Under the pieces are notes generated by a model, which saw nothing but the letters and a program-made list of their open reading frames with translations, searched no databases and was not told the origin of the DNA. The translations under genes and the position numbers were made by a program. Below are positions 35,104 to 49,254 of a stretch of 64,000 bases of DNA, one piece after another. Position 1 is the first letter of the stretch; each line of letters starts with the position of its first letter. Origin of the DNA: Raja brachyura (lineage: Eukaryota); the NCBI GenBank assembly GCA_963514005.1, contig OY740781.1, forward strand, positions 176,514,001 to 176,578,000. Direction: 5' to 3'.

Positions 35104-35339
35104 CCTATCTACAGTAACTTGGCAGAAATAAATATTTTTTTTTGGCAGTGGCTCACATACAATTTTTGAAACTGTTAATGAATATTACAATTTATATCCT
35201 AACATGAAAATATTTTATCTTTAAAGGGAATTGGTAATTTGATTGATTGATTGATTTAAATGAAATTGATTGGAACAAGTAAACCAGCAGAGTGTTCAAT
35301 AGACTACTGAAAGTATATTCAGAAGGCAAAGACAGGTTA

Positions 35340-35648
<309 letters not shown>

Positions 35649-36797
35649 TCAGTTTACAATGGATTCATTTTATATCTCACTCCTAAGTCCAAATGCATTT
35701 GGACAATCAACTAATTAGACAGCCCATTATATAGGAGTTTGTAAAGTTGAATGAACGTTGTACTGGCCTTGTTTCTGGCTATTGCCTAAAAGTAAGTTTA
35801 TCGGCCAAGTATTCTCATACAAGGAATTTGCCTTGGTACTCTGCCCACAAGTAACAACATGACATACAGTGACAGTTACGAATGACTCAGAAAACACTAA
35901 ACATTAATAATAATTATACATTAATGATAAAACACCATTGATCAAGCATGTGAACCAACAAAATACCAGATCAAAGGGAGGCAACAGATTTTTGGATTTT
36001 CATTTCTATTCCACAAGTACAAAGGACAAAATAAAGCAAGTTAGCTACTTTAACTCTTCAAACTTTTACTGTCCCAATCTCTCAACGTTTGATTCAGTCA
36101 TATGTGGGAAACAAATGAGAGCATTCCCAGTTCGCCCATCTCAATTTGCATTGTGTAGCCAAAGGCCATCTCAAAGAGGCATCACAAAGCTTAAACTCTG
36201 CAGCAAAATGGAAACAAATTGGCAATGAACATGTTTTCTAAAAAAAGAAAGATTCTCATACTCTGGCTGTGGCTCATAATTCAGTCCAGTTTCCTACCCT
36301 TTTAGAGGCAGGAAGAGCAGTGGGTAAGCGTGCCATGAATCGGATCCATCTGAAAAGCTTTAGAAAGAATAAGATTGCTGGGGAGTCAAAAAGTCAGTCG
36401 CTTCATTTCTATCATGAAGTAAATGTTTTGAGTCAAAATTATGAAGCTGCTTAACTCTAAAAATCAAATATGGCTCAAATAGTTTAGAACTTCTCTGCTA
36501 AGCTATGTAGTGCAGTGATGTGGGGAACACCTCCACTACTACATGGTGAAGACCAGCACCACAGAGTTCCAGAAAGCAACATTTATTATAACCTCAGAAA
36601 TGGCGAGCACTTGCATGGCAAAATGTCCCAAATGATAACAGTGCACTTCTGTCATGGACAAAATAGCAGCAGAATAGATCAGAGGTCCAATTAGCAAACC
36701 TGAATTGCAAAAAATATGACAACAGGTTACTCTGAAAATTATTGACTATTTTCATAACATTTTGAAATTACAACAATGTAATGCAAGTATCTTGGCA

Positions 36798-36908
36798 AAA
36801 TTGTAAATTGTCCCTAGTGTGTGTAGGATAGTGCATGGGGATCGCTGGTTGGCTTGGACTCGGTGGGGCTGAAGGGCCTGTTTCCGCTCTATATCTCTAA
36901 ATTAAACT
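36798..36908 (+). mobile_element. 3' half of the same SINE family
   Basis: tgtaaattgtccctagtgtg...gaagggcctgtttcc...tatctctaaa. Confidence 0.75.
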
Positions 36909-36994
36909 ACTAAGCCTATGGCAAAGGAAGTGGACCAGAAATTACTACCTCTGAGGTCCTGATTCTTGAACTCTTTTCAGATTTCTTATAGTTT

Positions 36995-37281
36995 GGGGCA
37001 GCACAGTGGCACAGTGGTCGAATTGCTGCCTAACAGTGCCAGAGACCTGGGTTCGATCCTAACCATGGGTGCTGTCTATACGGAGTGTGTATGTTCGGTT
37101 ACTGCTTGGGTTTTGTCCGGGTGCTCCGGTTTCCTCCCATATTCGAAAGACATGTGGGTTTGAAGGTTAATTGGCCTCTGTAAATTGTCGCTGGTGTGTA
37201 GGATCGAACCAGTGTATGGGTGATCGCCAGTCTGCGCGCGCTCGGTGGGCTGAAGGGCCTGTTTCCACATGGTATCTCTAA
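36995..37281 (+). mobile_element. tRNA-derived SINE (HE1/V-SINE-like)
   Basis: A-box-like gtggcacagtgg, B box gggttcgatcc, V-domain-like core and LINE-like tail. Confidence 0.85.
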
Positions 37282-37385
37282 GTCTGTGTGCATGACCTCA
37301 TCCCCTTTTCTACCTATGGTGTTGGTACCAACGTGCACAACAGTTTTCTGGCTTCCACCCTCCCTGTCTTTCCCACCCATGAAAA
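37282..37385 (-). mobile_element. CR1 ORF1 esterase fragment
   Basis: VVHVGTNTIGRKGDEV. Confidence 0.65.
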
Positions 37386-37829
37386 GTGCCATGAATTCTC
37401 TCAGTAGTGTCCTTTACATTGGAACCAATGAGCCCATGCATAATTTATGGATTATATTCATAGTTGTAGAACCGTTTACCGACGGAATCTCCTCGGACCA
37501 CTACATTTCTACATTTTGATATTTCGGAGTTTATTTCTTTGTCCCTCAACCAAAGTACACAACTTGATTTTTGTATTTCCTACTCTTCCGGCTGGCCACC
37601 CCTTTGCTTTGCCAAATTCATTTGACTCATCGAATATACGTTCTCATAAATTCTAAATATGAGCCGAGTGAATTAGAAGCATTTCTTAAAAACAAGAAAC
37701 TTGGCACAGGAATTTCTGGCAATAGGATGTTGTCCATTACCTATGAAACCTTACATTTCTGCTCTATTTTCTTTTTAGATACATTTAATATGAATTTGTT
37801 ATCATGACTAAACCAACAAGTGAACTAAC

Positions 37830-38065
37830 AGATGGGGTAGGCCACTCAGAGCCTGTTCTATTTAGGTAATCATGGTTGATCTGCTTGCATTCGTATCTTC
37901 CCCAGTATCTTTCACTTTGGTGCTTGTCAGGTACCTATCTACCTTGCCTTTAAAATATTCAAAGACTGTTTCCATTTCCCTTTGAAGTAGAGCTTCAAAG
38001 ACTCTCAATGCTCCGACAGAAAAAAACGTTTTCATCGATGCCTCCTTGTCCCTATGAAGACCCAA
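37830..38065 (-). mobile_element. Old CR1 3' fragment
   Basis: FEYFKGKVDRYL and remnants of the 3' UTR. Confidence 0.55.
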
Positions 38066-38524
38066 TTATTTGCTTTCCTAATTAATTGCTATACTTACTG
38101 TATTCCTATTTGTAGTTTTATCATAGTAGCATTATATTAATTAATGATGACATAGACGAGTAGCACCTCTCCTTTGTTCACCTAAATGCACTTTTTTTTT
38201 ATCATCGGCAAAAACTGCATTCCCCATATTTGCAGAAACCATGCACATTTGTATTATCAGTCCTTGAGCAGCCAGTTCTACTAACAACCAAATTGCTTTA
38301 TAAATGCAAGCTGCTATATTGCATCCAAGTACTAGATTATGGATTCACACCTGATTTTTCTGATAAGTAACTCAACTCTTTCTATTAGCCAACAGAAGCA
38401 AGTCAGGAACATACTTGGAATGTCAAAAAACACTCCAGAACTCTCACACAATCCAGGACAATGCAGCCCACTTGATCAGCATCCCCTGACTGCAGCATGT
38501 ACCATTTATAATATGCATTGTAAT

Positions 38525-38665
38525 CTTCTTCTTCTTGCGTATGGCGTGCACAGCCTAAAGTTGTCAGACACCTTGTTCTATTTGATCTTATTTCATTGTG
38601 CACGCCACGTTGATCGCATTTGTCAAAACAGGGCGGACCACGTGAAGCTTGCCATCTCCCACCCC
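38525..38665 (-). mobile_element. Ribozyme-headed short retroelement, full-length copy 3 (degenerate fold)
   Basis: Perfect 12-bp TSD atgcattgtaat (38513-24 and 38666-77). Same 5' start GGGGTGGGAGAT and (AAG)n tail. G-G mismatches in P2 and P3. Confidence 0.88.
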
Positions 38666-41600
38666 ATGCATTGTAATGACATGCCTAGACTATTGCACTA
38701 TTGTGTTTAAAGAGACCTGTACACTCAAGACGGATAGGACAACACGTGCACGAGAACACCATCACATGAAATATCCTTTCCAGGTCACACACAGCTTTGT
38801 TAGTTATGAAACCTGTAAGGGTTTTAAGTGTGTCCAGAATTAATAAAAAACTGTTAAACTCAAAATGAATAGCAACTTTTCAAACAATTAAACATTTAAA
38901 AAAAATTGGTATAAACCCAATACACATAAATAATTAAAAAGCTAAACAGAAATAATTTTTAAAAGGAATTTAACATTCCCCTTGCTCTATTATTCTCAGT
39001 CCTACAATCCCCACTGGAACCAGTAATGGTCACGCATCCTTAGTTTGGTTGAACCTTACACAGTATCTCCAATGTAAATGTGTTCTCAATCTGTCAGTGA
39101 ATTCCACATTTGACTATACCTGTGCAAAATACCAGATTTGCTTCCATTTAAATGGGTAGGTTTGTCAGCAATTATCACCAACATCTGGGCCTTGATGCTA
39201 CATGGAATTTTATTATGATTTTTTTGCCAGAAAGGTCATAAAACAATAATTTTAATAATGTAAAAGGTTTATGATTTTATTAGCATTTGACTGTTGAAGT
39301 AGTATCAGTCTAAATATGTTCAATTTTAATATTATGTAAGAAGTTGTGTTTGTTATATTAAGAACTAATGTGGAGCAACAAGGAGGAATGCAATGCATTC
39401 ATGAAAAAAAAAATCAATCTTTAGAAAATGTTCCACATTTTTGTACTGGCTCATTACAATGAAGAAAAGTGAAACACAACTAGATGGTACAATACAAAGT
39501 CATAGAGACAAAATTCCTTCAATATGTTCATATGAAGACAAGCTGTTTGATTGCCACGGCAGTCTCATGTCACATTAAAGCATGACAAACATTAAACCAT
39601 ACACTTAAATGGCAATTTATATCATTTAAATGTTTACTGCTGGAGCAGCTCATCATTCATTTAAATGTGACTTTTTGACAGCTAATTTCAGTTAATTTTC
39701 TGTATCCACTTAATTAGAACTTTCAATCAAGAAAGAAGAAGGGCTTGTAAATGTTTTGTGGATAGGATGACATTTTCTTCTGTTACAATGAGACTGGTGA
39801 ATTGTAAACCTTTCCCCATAATGAATTATCAGATAGTACATCATGCCAGAGCAAAGACTGACCATATGGAAATGTGTTGCAGTGATTCTTCTCGACATAT
39901 GCTTTGGACAGAATTTTATTTATGCTCACATATAAACTAGAACAACCACCATTCCTTGATAGTAACAGATATTCCGCAAACGTGTTCCTTACAACAATGA
40001 TAATGGTGCAATGGATTATATTAAATGACAAGTGAATCTCTGGAAATAAGAATACATCATTAAAAATTCAGTTCTAGCTATATCTAAGTTTAAAAGAATT
40101 GTCTTGATATTTGTACTGGTCAATCTATTATAGATAATGAAGCAGTAAAATGGGTAGAAATAAAACAATAAAGTAGAACATGCAAATGAAGTATTCTGCC
40201 TAAGTACATCGATCATCACTCCAGGCAGGGGCAAGCTTATTTGTTTTTTTATTAAGTGATCAAATAAAATTAGCATTGCCGTTATTTTCTTGTTTCACAA
40301 TAAACAGTGTATATAGTCATATCATCTCCAAAAGAGATTTGTGCCATCTGTTATTTAAGAGGCGGCACTGGGGCCTGGAATTGTAAAGCTATATACTCAC
40401 AATAATAATAGGAGACACAAAACAGGTTTCTAATAACATAAATATTACAATACATTTTCAATTCGGTTCCTACTGATAACTGTTCCGTTTGTAATACATT
40501 AACCTAGATTTTGCAGTGAGTGTCAAAAAACATCTGTGTCGAATTTCAATCCTTGATTTATGAAACGGATGCGCTCCTGTTAAGTTTTTCATTAAAAAAA
40601 AATTGTAAAGCAACAAGACAGGTCAACATGATGGGTATTATTTTTACAGTATATTCTTCAAACAACGGTACATCATTCATTACAATGAGACACAGTTTAT
40701 GGACATGTACCCCAAAGAGCCAATAGGTAAATTTGTGAATCTAATATTCATAAATGAAGAAATACTTGTATTTACCCTGCATACAACCACCCCCTGACAT
40801 TGTGATTAATTATTAAACGAGCCTACCTTCTAAAAGGGAAGCTGTGACATCTTTACACAGGTACTGCAGGATGGAAGGTTTATAACTAGGCTGAAGAATC
40901 ACAAGTACATCAGAAGCTGAAGCAAGATTAGACCATCTGCCCCCTGGATCTGGTCTGCTAGTCAGTAAGATCCTGGTTGATCCTGTAACTTTCCTACCAG
41001 ATCCCTAAATCGTTTCATTTTCCCTGATGTTCAAAATATGAAAGCTCAGTAACAGACTCTCCACAACCCTGTGGGTTGAAAATTCGAAAGATTAAGTTAA
41101 GGTCCATTGAGCATTCCAGAAAATAAAAGATGATTAATCAAACAATTTTGTTTAAATCACACCTTAACTGTGGCTTTCATTACACTGGTAAACAATAACA
41201 GAATCCCAATATTCCTAAATAGTCTAATGGAAAATGTTTTGCCTTTATAACCTCTAACAATGTAATTTAATAAGTTTATCCCTTTATGGACTTGCCCCTC
41301 TAAGTCTCTGCACCTCCACCAGTCAACCACTTTGTACACTTTTGTACACAAAATAAATGATGAAATAAAGTCCTTTTGCAAAATCTAGGTTTATTGTTTA
41401 ATAACAGAAATCAGTATAATCTACGGAGAAAATTTCACAAACTGAATACACGCTTTAAATAAAAGGTTTCTCCACTCATTCATCTCATTCCAGACAATTA
41501 CATTAATTAAACCATTGAGAAAGGGCACACTATTAACAGTAGTGAAGTCACATCTTAAACATTTGTAATATATATCACAAATGAATATTCAAGGAGGGAG

Positions 41601-41724
41601 GAGACCTAAGGCCAAGGTCCAGAGAGAGGTCAGGAGTCCTGATAGAAATGAAATGGTGTTAGTTTCAGAGGCTTACTGAGGCTTTAGGTCAATGTGAATG
41701 AAAATTATATCTTATCCAGATTTA

Positions 41725-42035
41725 CATAGAAACATAGAAAATAGGTGCAGGAGGAGGCCATTTGGCCCTTCGAGCCAGCACCGCCATTCATTGTGATCAT
41801 GGCTGATCGTCCCCTATCAATAGCCCGTGTCTGCCTTCTCCCCATATCCCTTGACTCCACTAGCCCCTAGAGCTCTATCTAACTCTAAAATCCATCCAGT
41901 GACTTGGCCTCCACTGCCCTCTGTGGCAGGGAATTCCATAAATTCACAACTCTCTGGGTGAAAACGTTTTTTCTCACCTCAGTCTTAAATGACGTCCCCT
42001 TTATTCTAAGACTGTTGCCCCTGGTTCTGGACTCG
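41725..42035 (-). mobile_element. CR1 3' end fragment
   Basis: (catagaaa)2 tail and high similarity to 63435-63750. Confidence 0.9.
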
Positions 42036-43590
42036 AATTTGAATGGATTTGAATTCAGATAAAACTCCCCCCACTACCACACCTTCTTACCCTCTCTCTC
42101 TCACTCCCTCTTCCTTCTTACTCTCGAATCTCTCTTGCTGGCCCCACCCAAATCATTAGCCTTTTAACCCCTTCTACGCACCCCATCACCTTCTCTCCAA
42201 TTGACTTGCTCAGAGGGGCATCATGAAGACATAATCAGAGAGCACATCATGGCACTTTATAGTGACTGGGCACACAGGATACTTGATTTTTTTCCCAATT
42301 GTCTCTTGGCCAAAAACACATCAATATTTTGTGCATCTGGGTCAGGTTCTTTGCAAGCCTAGCTGGAGTGATGGAAATTGCTGGCTCCTCTCCACCACCA
42401 GCTGTTAGAGTCAACATCATAGAGTCACAGCATAGAAACTGGTTCTGCAGCACAATTCCTGATAACCAAGGTGCATACCCGAGCGCATCCAATTTGCCTG
42501 TGTTCTACCTATATCGCCTCCAAACCTTCCTAATAATGCACCTATACAAATGACTTAATCATTGTAATTTTACACTCATCGACACTGTAATATCGGCAAT
42601 ATATTTTATTTATTTTGCAACGCTGCTCTGCAAACTGAATATTCAAATCTAAATTTATGTAATTTCATCATCACGTAAAGAAGCCTTGTCTTTGAAATGC
42701 TGACCAATTTCCAGCTGAGATTTTGTAGCTCACTAGTTAGTGCCTTCTGTACTGTTTAAAATTATACCAAATTATATTCTGAGAATGTTTTTTTCAAAAT
42801 GTAAACATATTTGGACGAGAAAACCAGAAGATAAGCCACAGAATAAAATGACCTCTACATGTAGTTACTCAAATAAAGATTGGGTTGCTATTACTTTACC
42901 AACACTGGACGTATGCAAATCCCAAATATTTATGGTAATAAACTATCTGAAATGCAGGCAAATCCCATGTAATGGAAATGGGAGCAAATTGGTGGAATTT
43001 CTCTACCTCAGCTAAGCAATAGCACAACATAATTAGAGAGGCACTGAAGAATGCTGAAATTATTTTACATATATTGGGATTGAGATAGCTATTCTTTTTG
43101 ATACTTCTGGATTTTTATGTCATTGTATATTACCCAAAGTACATAAATATTATAAATAATCCTCCCTTAAATGAAAATCTCCATATTGCAATGTTACGGT
43201 TGACTCACCATTACTTCATGTTCTTGAGAATTCCAATCATTTAATGATGGATAAAAATAGCTCAATTGCATCCACAAATTTAAGTATCAAACTCAAAATA
43301 TGGGATAGCTGCTTTAAAAACAGTTCTAAATTAAAATCATAATACTAATCAGTTTAGTGCAAAGTTCAAGCTTTCAGTTCTCTTTAGAAATTCTGTAGCA
43401 CAGTGCAATGTTGCATCCTCACCATCTAAGGTATTAGGTTATTTGATAACGTAGTAATTCCAGGTTAAAAATAGCTTTATTTCACAGACAGACTTCATGG
43501 AATAACATGACGTATTTGTACATGCACATTTCATCTACCTCCACGATGCTTCCTGAAATATTCTGAAAGAGGACATTCAGGAAAAATTCA

Positions 43591-43921
43591 GGGCAACGCA
43601 GCGGTACAGCAGTTGCTTTACAGCGTAGAGGCCCGGGTGCGATCCTGACTATGGGTGCTGAGTTTGCACCTGTACGGAGGCACCTGTGCGGAGGCTTGCA
43701 CCGTACTCCTGTACAGAGTTTGCATGCTTCTCATGTGACCGTGTTGGCTTTTTCCGGATGCTCCGGCTTCCTCCCACGGTGCTTATTTGTGGGTTCATTG
43801 GCTTCTGTAAATTGTCCCTAGTGTGTATGATAGAACTAGTGTATGGATAATCGGTGGTCGGCACTGACTGGCTGGGCCAAAGGGCATGTTTCAACGCTGT
43901 AACTCTAAACTAAACTAAAAC
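43591..43921 (+). mobile_element. tRNA-derived SINE (HE1/V-SINE-like)
   Basis: Same head, core and tail as 36995-37281, ending in (taaac)n. Confidence 0.82.
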
Positions 43922-45279
43922 TGTTCACAAATTTCTGCTAATCTGCACCCCGAAAGCTGAGAGTTGGATGTTAGCAGCCTTAATTCTCCCTTCCTTTGCA
44001 ATTGTTCAATACATTGATAGCACAAGTTTGGTCATTGCATGGGGCATTATTATTACAGATATGCATCCTGCAGGTTACAATGCCAGCAAGGCAATGTGCT
44101 CTGTCTAATGTAGCCACTATACCCGTCTCTCTAGTTTATTTTTTATTTCTTCTAAAACCAATAAAAATGATCAATTTCAAAATCAAATGCAACATACCTG
44201 TTTACTGTAAAATATCACAGCAAGTCAAAAGAATAAGATAAATGCTGGTTATAGTTTCCTAAATTACATGGAACATATTATTATACTTGTGACATGCAAA
44301 TGTTTCATTGTTTGGCATTCACATGTTAAGAACATGATTAAACCTTGTAAGTACAATTCTATGAAGCCAAAGAGACAGACAGATAATGTCAGTTCAATTT
44401 CAAATTCAAATTAGCCATGATAAAGCTCCTGAATGCCAGTACTGAGGTCATTAACAAGATTTGTTGGTTACACAGTCCTGAAAACTCTGCTTCTCTAAAG
44501 CATATAAAGTTCATATGCATCAAATTACAGCCTTATGCCTGACCAACATTTTGAGAGGGTGCTGCTGAGAGGATTTTGGAGTACTAAACTACTGAAATTA
44601 TAACTTGGAAACTTTAGGATTAATGAGAGATAAAAATAGATATCTGAACCAATAAATAGTGCTTTCAAGTTGATTCAATATACTAAGCATTGCGAGTGAG
44701 TGAGCTGGAATTCAAATAGAATCAGGACCTCGGTTTCCATTGTGCTTACAGAGCATATTTTCAACTTGAGTGCACGTTCTAAATTGTGCTGTTTACTTTC
44801 TCATTCCTTAATTATCTTGGGTCTTGGTTCCTGCCATTATGTTAAGCTATCTGGCAAGCTTTGTGCACTAAGAATTCACCTGGAAATTTCAACACAGTCT
44901 TCACCAACTCATGGCATCAATAAGGGAGAAAAATATCAGGAATAGTAGCAATGTTTTTTCCTCAAACAATCGTATCTTGGAGCCGAACCTGTATACAACG
45001 ATGTCCAGACAGGCACTGTGAAATATTCAGAATATGCTGCCTTTAATATGGGATTCAGTTATTATGGCATTGATACTGCACTTTTGCATGCAACGCTTTA
45101 CTCTATGTGAAGAAAACTAGACAGAATATTTTTACAATTGCTTGAGATAACTTGAATATCATTTAATTCATAAATTACACTCATGTTTTACCTCATATAC
45201 CTGTGTAATGCTGATCTCAGTAAAATGGTGTAAGTAAAACAAGATCAATGTACTGGGCTACATTTACACACCTGTAATT

Positions 45280-45655
45280 CCATCTCCTCTCCCATCAGGC
45301 AGAGGATAAAATAGGTTGAAAAAACATACCATTAGTCAGGAACAGCTTCTTCCCTTCTGTAATGAGACTACTGAATGGCTTTCTCATAGCTATGGGTGTA
45401 GTCTTGATCTCCCAACCTACCTCCTTTTGGCCCTTGCAGTTTCTTAAGTAATCTGCAATTTCTCTATAACAATGCTATAATCATGTAATATTATATTATG
45501 CCCTCAGGTACGTTTTTCTTTGCACTACCCTTTGTACTTGTGTAGTGGCTTGATTGTATGCATGTATAGTATGATTTGATTGGATAGTACACAAAAACAA
45601 ATTGTTTCACAGTATCTCGGTACCAAGGGCAATAATACACCAGTACCAATAATGA
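45280..45655 (+). mobile_element. Rex1/Babar-like LINE 3' remnant
   Basis: ctcccatcaggcagagg...aggaacagcttcttccc (LPSGR...RNSFFP) and 3' UTR. Confidence 0.55.
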
Positions 45656-46845
45656 AACCAATTTTAAACGAATCTGAATAACAATATGTTTTGAATATAC
45701 ATTCAATCCATCTCTGCTGAACACTGTGCAGAAATTCTACAGTCCTCAATATTATCACTGGGTTAAAGATTATTTTCAATGTTCCACCTGCTCCATAAAA
45801 ATAACTTTGAAAACCTCTGTTGCTTAACATAATCTCTATACTAAAATGCTTTAGAGCTTTGAATGAGATAGTAAAAATGTAATTATGAAAATTATTGAAC
45901 TGGCAATCATTTTAGTCATAACCATCCAGCTAATTTTACTGCCACACAAATTTTATTTCCTCTGGGATTGCTTTGGCCAATGTTATCTCCAAAGGAAGTT
46001 TTGTTTTGATATTATCTCCTATGGTATACGACAGAATCAAATGGCATGTAAGCAAATCACAAACGGTGTGTTTGGAAGTTGTGACATTCAAATTTCTCTG
46101 AAACATTTTGATGATTTAAAAATGTCTCAAATCGTGAACTTTGGACCACTTAATCTAAATAAAATCTATATGAACATTCTTAATGGATTATGACTGGATA
46201 ATCTTGAATTGAACTGCATTAAATACCACAAATCAAGGCTGGCATTTCATGTGACCTGCCCAACATAAGGCAAGGACCAAAACTGTATCATTCAAATAAT
46301 CTTTTTTATGTAAATCTTTGTATCTTCTCTCCCCAAATACCAGCTGCAATTACGGCCACAGGAACATAAGAAATAACAGAAGGCCATTCCACCCTTGGTG
46401 CCTACTCTGCCATTCATAACTTTGTTCAGAATGGATGACCATCTAGTTTGAGACTTTACAGATTCCAAGCACCCCAGTCAGGAAAAGCATCATCATTGAA
46501 TCTTCCATGACAAGCTGCGTAAGAATCTATTTGCAATCATACCAACGCTACATCGGCTTTCTGCCTGTTTCCAGTCATAAGGTCTCTAACTACTTGCAAT
46601 CCAACTGTGCCTGGTACCAGAGCTGGTAAAGGTCTGTAAAAATGAGTGTGAATTATGCATTAAAAGGATATTATCACTGTTAAAAATGCAAGATTATTTA
46701 ACATAAAATAGTTCCAAATTGCATTAATTTAAGAAAAATCTGTCTCAACATCAAATATTCTGTTTACGTTTTACAAGATGTTTTGCATTATTTTAGCCCA
46801 TTGCAAATTTTACAGCACATACTTCTGTATAGCTGATAGGCATAT

Positions 46846-48148
46846 GTGTCTTTTTATAATACTGCACACAAAAATGTGACAAATGGGGTCAAATTTCAAA
46901 TTCCTTCAAAAAAGTTGACAAGCACTTTATTGGGTTCATGACTAACATAGTATCAACAACAACAAATATAAGAAAAGATAGCATATTGACTACACAATAC
47001 ATTTTGTGGAACGGTTGTCGCGTGGTGTCCTACAGTGATCTGGTTGGCACAGTAAGTACACGTATTTCTTTCTATGTTTATGAATACCACGTGGAACAAT
47101 GAAATTGCCAGCTTCATTCACCTGATCATGTAGTAGAATACTGCATCCATCCGAGTGGACACCGCAACGCGTGTTACACATCATACACACAAACGTATGT
47201 TGCGGTGGGCACTATAAAAACGTTTGTATTGGTGTCCCAGCGAAAACCAAGCATTTTCACCGATGCGATCTAAACGGTACATTACCTTATGGATCTGAGC
47301 GACATCGAGGCCAATGATTCGTCAGAACGTTTGATTTGGGCTGATTTTTTTGTAAGTAAAATGTTCCCGTAACGGTCGTTGCGGAGCAACCCAAAGTTGA
47401 CACGAGGGAATGAAGTTAGCGACTTGGTCCGTACAAAAGGTACACAATGTGTGTTGCTAAATTGAAGATTGGCTCAATTTCTTAGTTTTGATGACCAATT
47501 TATGACAAAAAAAAAAAATTTTAATTTTTTTTTAAAGTCGGGAAATATATCGTAAACGACCGTTGCGTTTTGACACCACGATGTTTTTGATATATTCAAT
47601 TGCAAAATAAGAAAAAAAAATTAACTCACCCAAAAATCGATACTACCATAAGATACCTCATTGGGTTTTTGAAAAGCAATAGTTTGGAGCCTCCATGATT
47701 TAACTTACAGGGGTACCGACCCCGATAATGGTCGCTGTGACAATGTACACCAAGCACAACGACCGTTACGGGATCTTTACTGTACTGTATTACCTTTATG
47801 TTACTGTACTTTTCTCTTACTATAGATGAAGATATTTCCCGAGACCATTATCAAAACGTATATGTATGAGGGGCCATATGAAGTTTATTTATGAATTAAA
47901 TATTCATGACTAAATGTGGCAGAGTTTTTAATGTCACACTTTTGGTGTCCAAAATGGTGGGAAAACAATTAAAATTTGTCTGTTATGAGAAACATTTTTA
48001 ACTTTCGGTCTTGAAGTAATCTAAATTATATCTGCTATTTATAAGGTTTCACATGATGGGTAGATTTTTGTTAAGTAAAGTGTATTGGTGTAAAAAAGTG
48101 AATACTAATCTTCTTCGTCAAAAACTTTCCAGTATTGTAAAAAGACAC
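46846..48148. mobile_element. Non-autonomous TIR DNA transposon, about 1.3 kb (Sola1-like by TSD; superfamily uncertain)
   Basis: Inverted termini GTGTCTTTTTA(T/C)AATACTG with ATAT on both sides (46842-45 and 48149-52). Internal repeated AACGGTCGTT/ACGACCGTT motifs. CpG-rich compared with the flanks. Confidence 0.72.
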
Positions 48149-48184
48149 ATATAGCACTGGTGAAATTGCTGGTAAAATATTTTG

Positions 48185-48555
48185 TACAGGGCTGGTCTCC
48201 TTGCCAAAGGAAGGATAGAGGGAGACAGTGAGAGACTGCCGATAAAAATTCCTGATATAGAGGTGTTGACCTATGAGGGAAGGTTTAGCGGACTGGAGCT
48301 AAACGCTCTCAGTGAAGCTAGACTTCCTTCAGTGTTTTATAGGGTAGATGCAAGGATCCATTACTTTGAATCTGTAACTCCTGGCCAGCAAGTCTAGAAC
48401 CGGGAGTTACCAATTCAAAATAATGTATTGGTCATACATAGTTAAGATGTTGAGAAATCTTTTCATCAAGAGCATAAGGAATCTTTGGAGTTTTTTATCC
48501 AAGTGAGCTCTGACGGGTCCGCCACTGACAATAATCAAGGCAGAATTTTAAGTGA
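48185..48555 (+). mobile_element. Old CR1 3' fragment
   Basis: Degenerate IEG..RL..KIP..EVLTYEGRF..LEL followed by tctagaaccggg. Confidence 0.5.
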
Positions 48556-49254
48556 AGTAACCACCCACCTATTCATTCCACATTTTGTCCAAACTAACAT
48601 GTAATATAAATAAAATGTGAAATGCTTATGTTGTGAACAATTGAATCTACATCATATTGTCCCTCAATCCAAATAGTGTGTCAGAATTATGAATTGTTTA
48701 AAAATGGTCAGAACAATACAGATCCCAAAGTGCGAGAAAACAAAGTGATGGAGGAACTCAGCCGATCAGGGTTAGCATCTATGGGAGGAAATACACCATT
48801 CTTCAAACTGAAGGGGTGCTGCCTGACCCGTTGAGTTCCTCCACCACTTTGATTTTTGCTCCAGATTCCAGCATCTGCAGTATCGTGTCTACAGATCTGA
48901 AAGATAGAGGTGGCTGGGAGAGAAATCGTCAGAAACTGGTGACATAACCAGATCAGGTAGAAATCAGATTTGAGGACCGTTCAACATAGTTTATAAGGCT
49001 AAATTATGTTAGATCAGATTATCTTTGAAGAGTGACATTGAAAATAGCCTGGGATATTCAGTTAAATCTGCAAATTTAAAATAAAATATAATTTTATTTA
49101 AGTGTTAAGTTCAAACATTATTTTTCAGATTCATTGAGAAATTCTAGGAAAAATATTTAGGGTGGTCAGAACTTTTCCAGAAACATGGAAAAAAAAGGAT
49201 AATATTTATGGCCTTGTGCTCAGCTCCTACCTCTGCTGACTGGATGTTTGGACA

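Noticed and set aside
36995-37070. tRNA gene
   Set aside because: The A/B-box-like head continues into a SINE body and tail, and no complete cloverleaf is evident.
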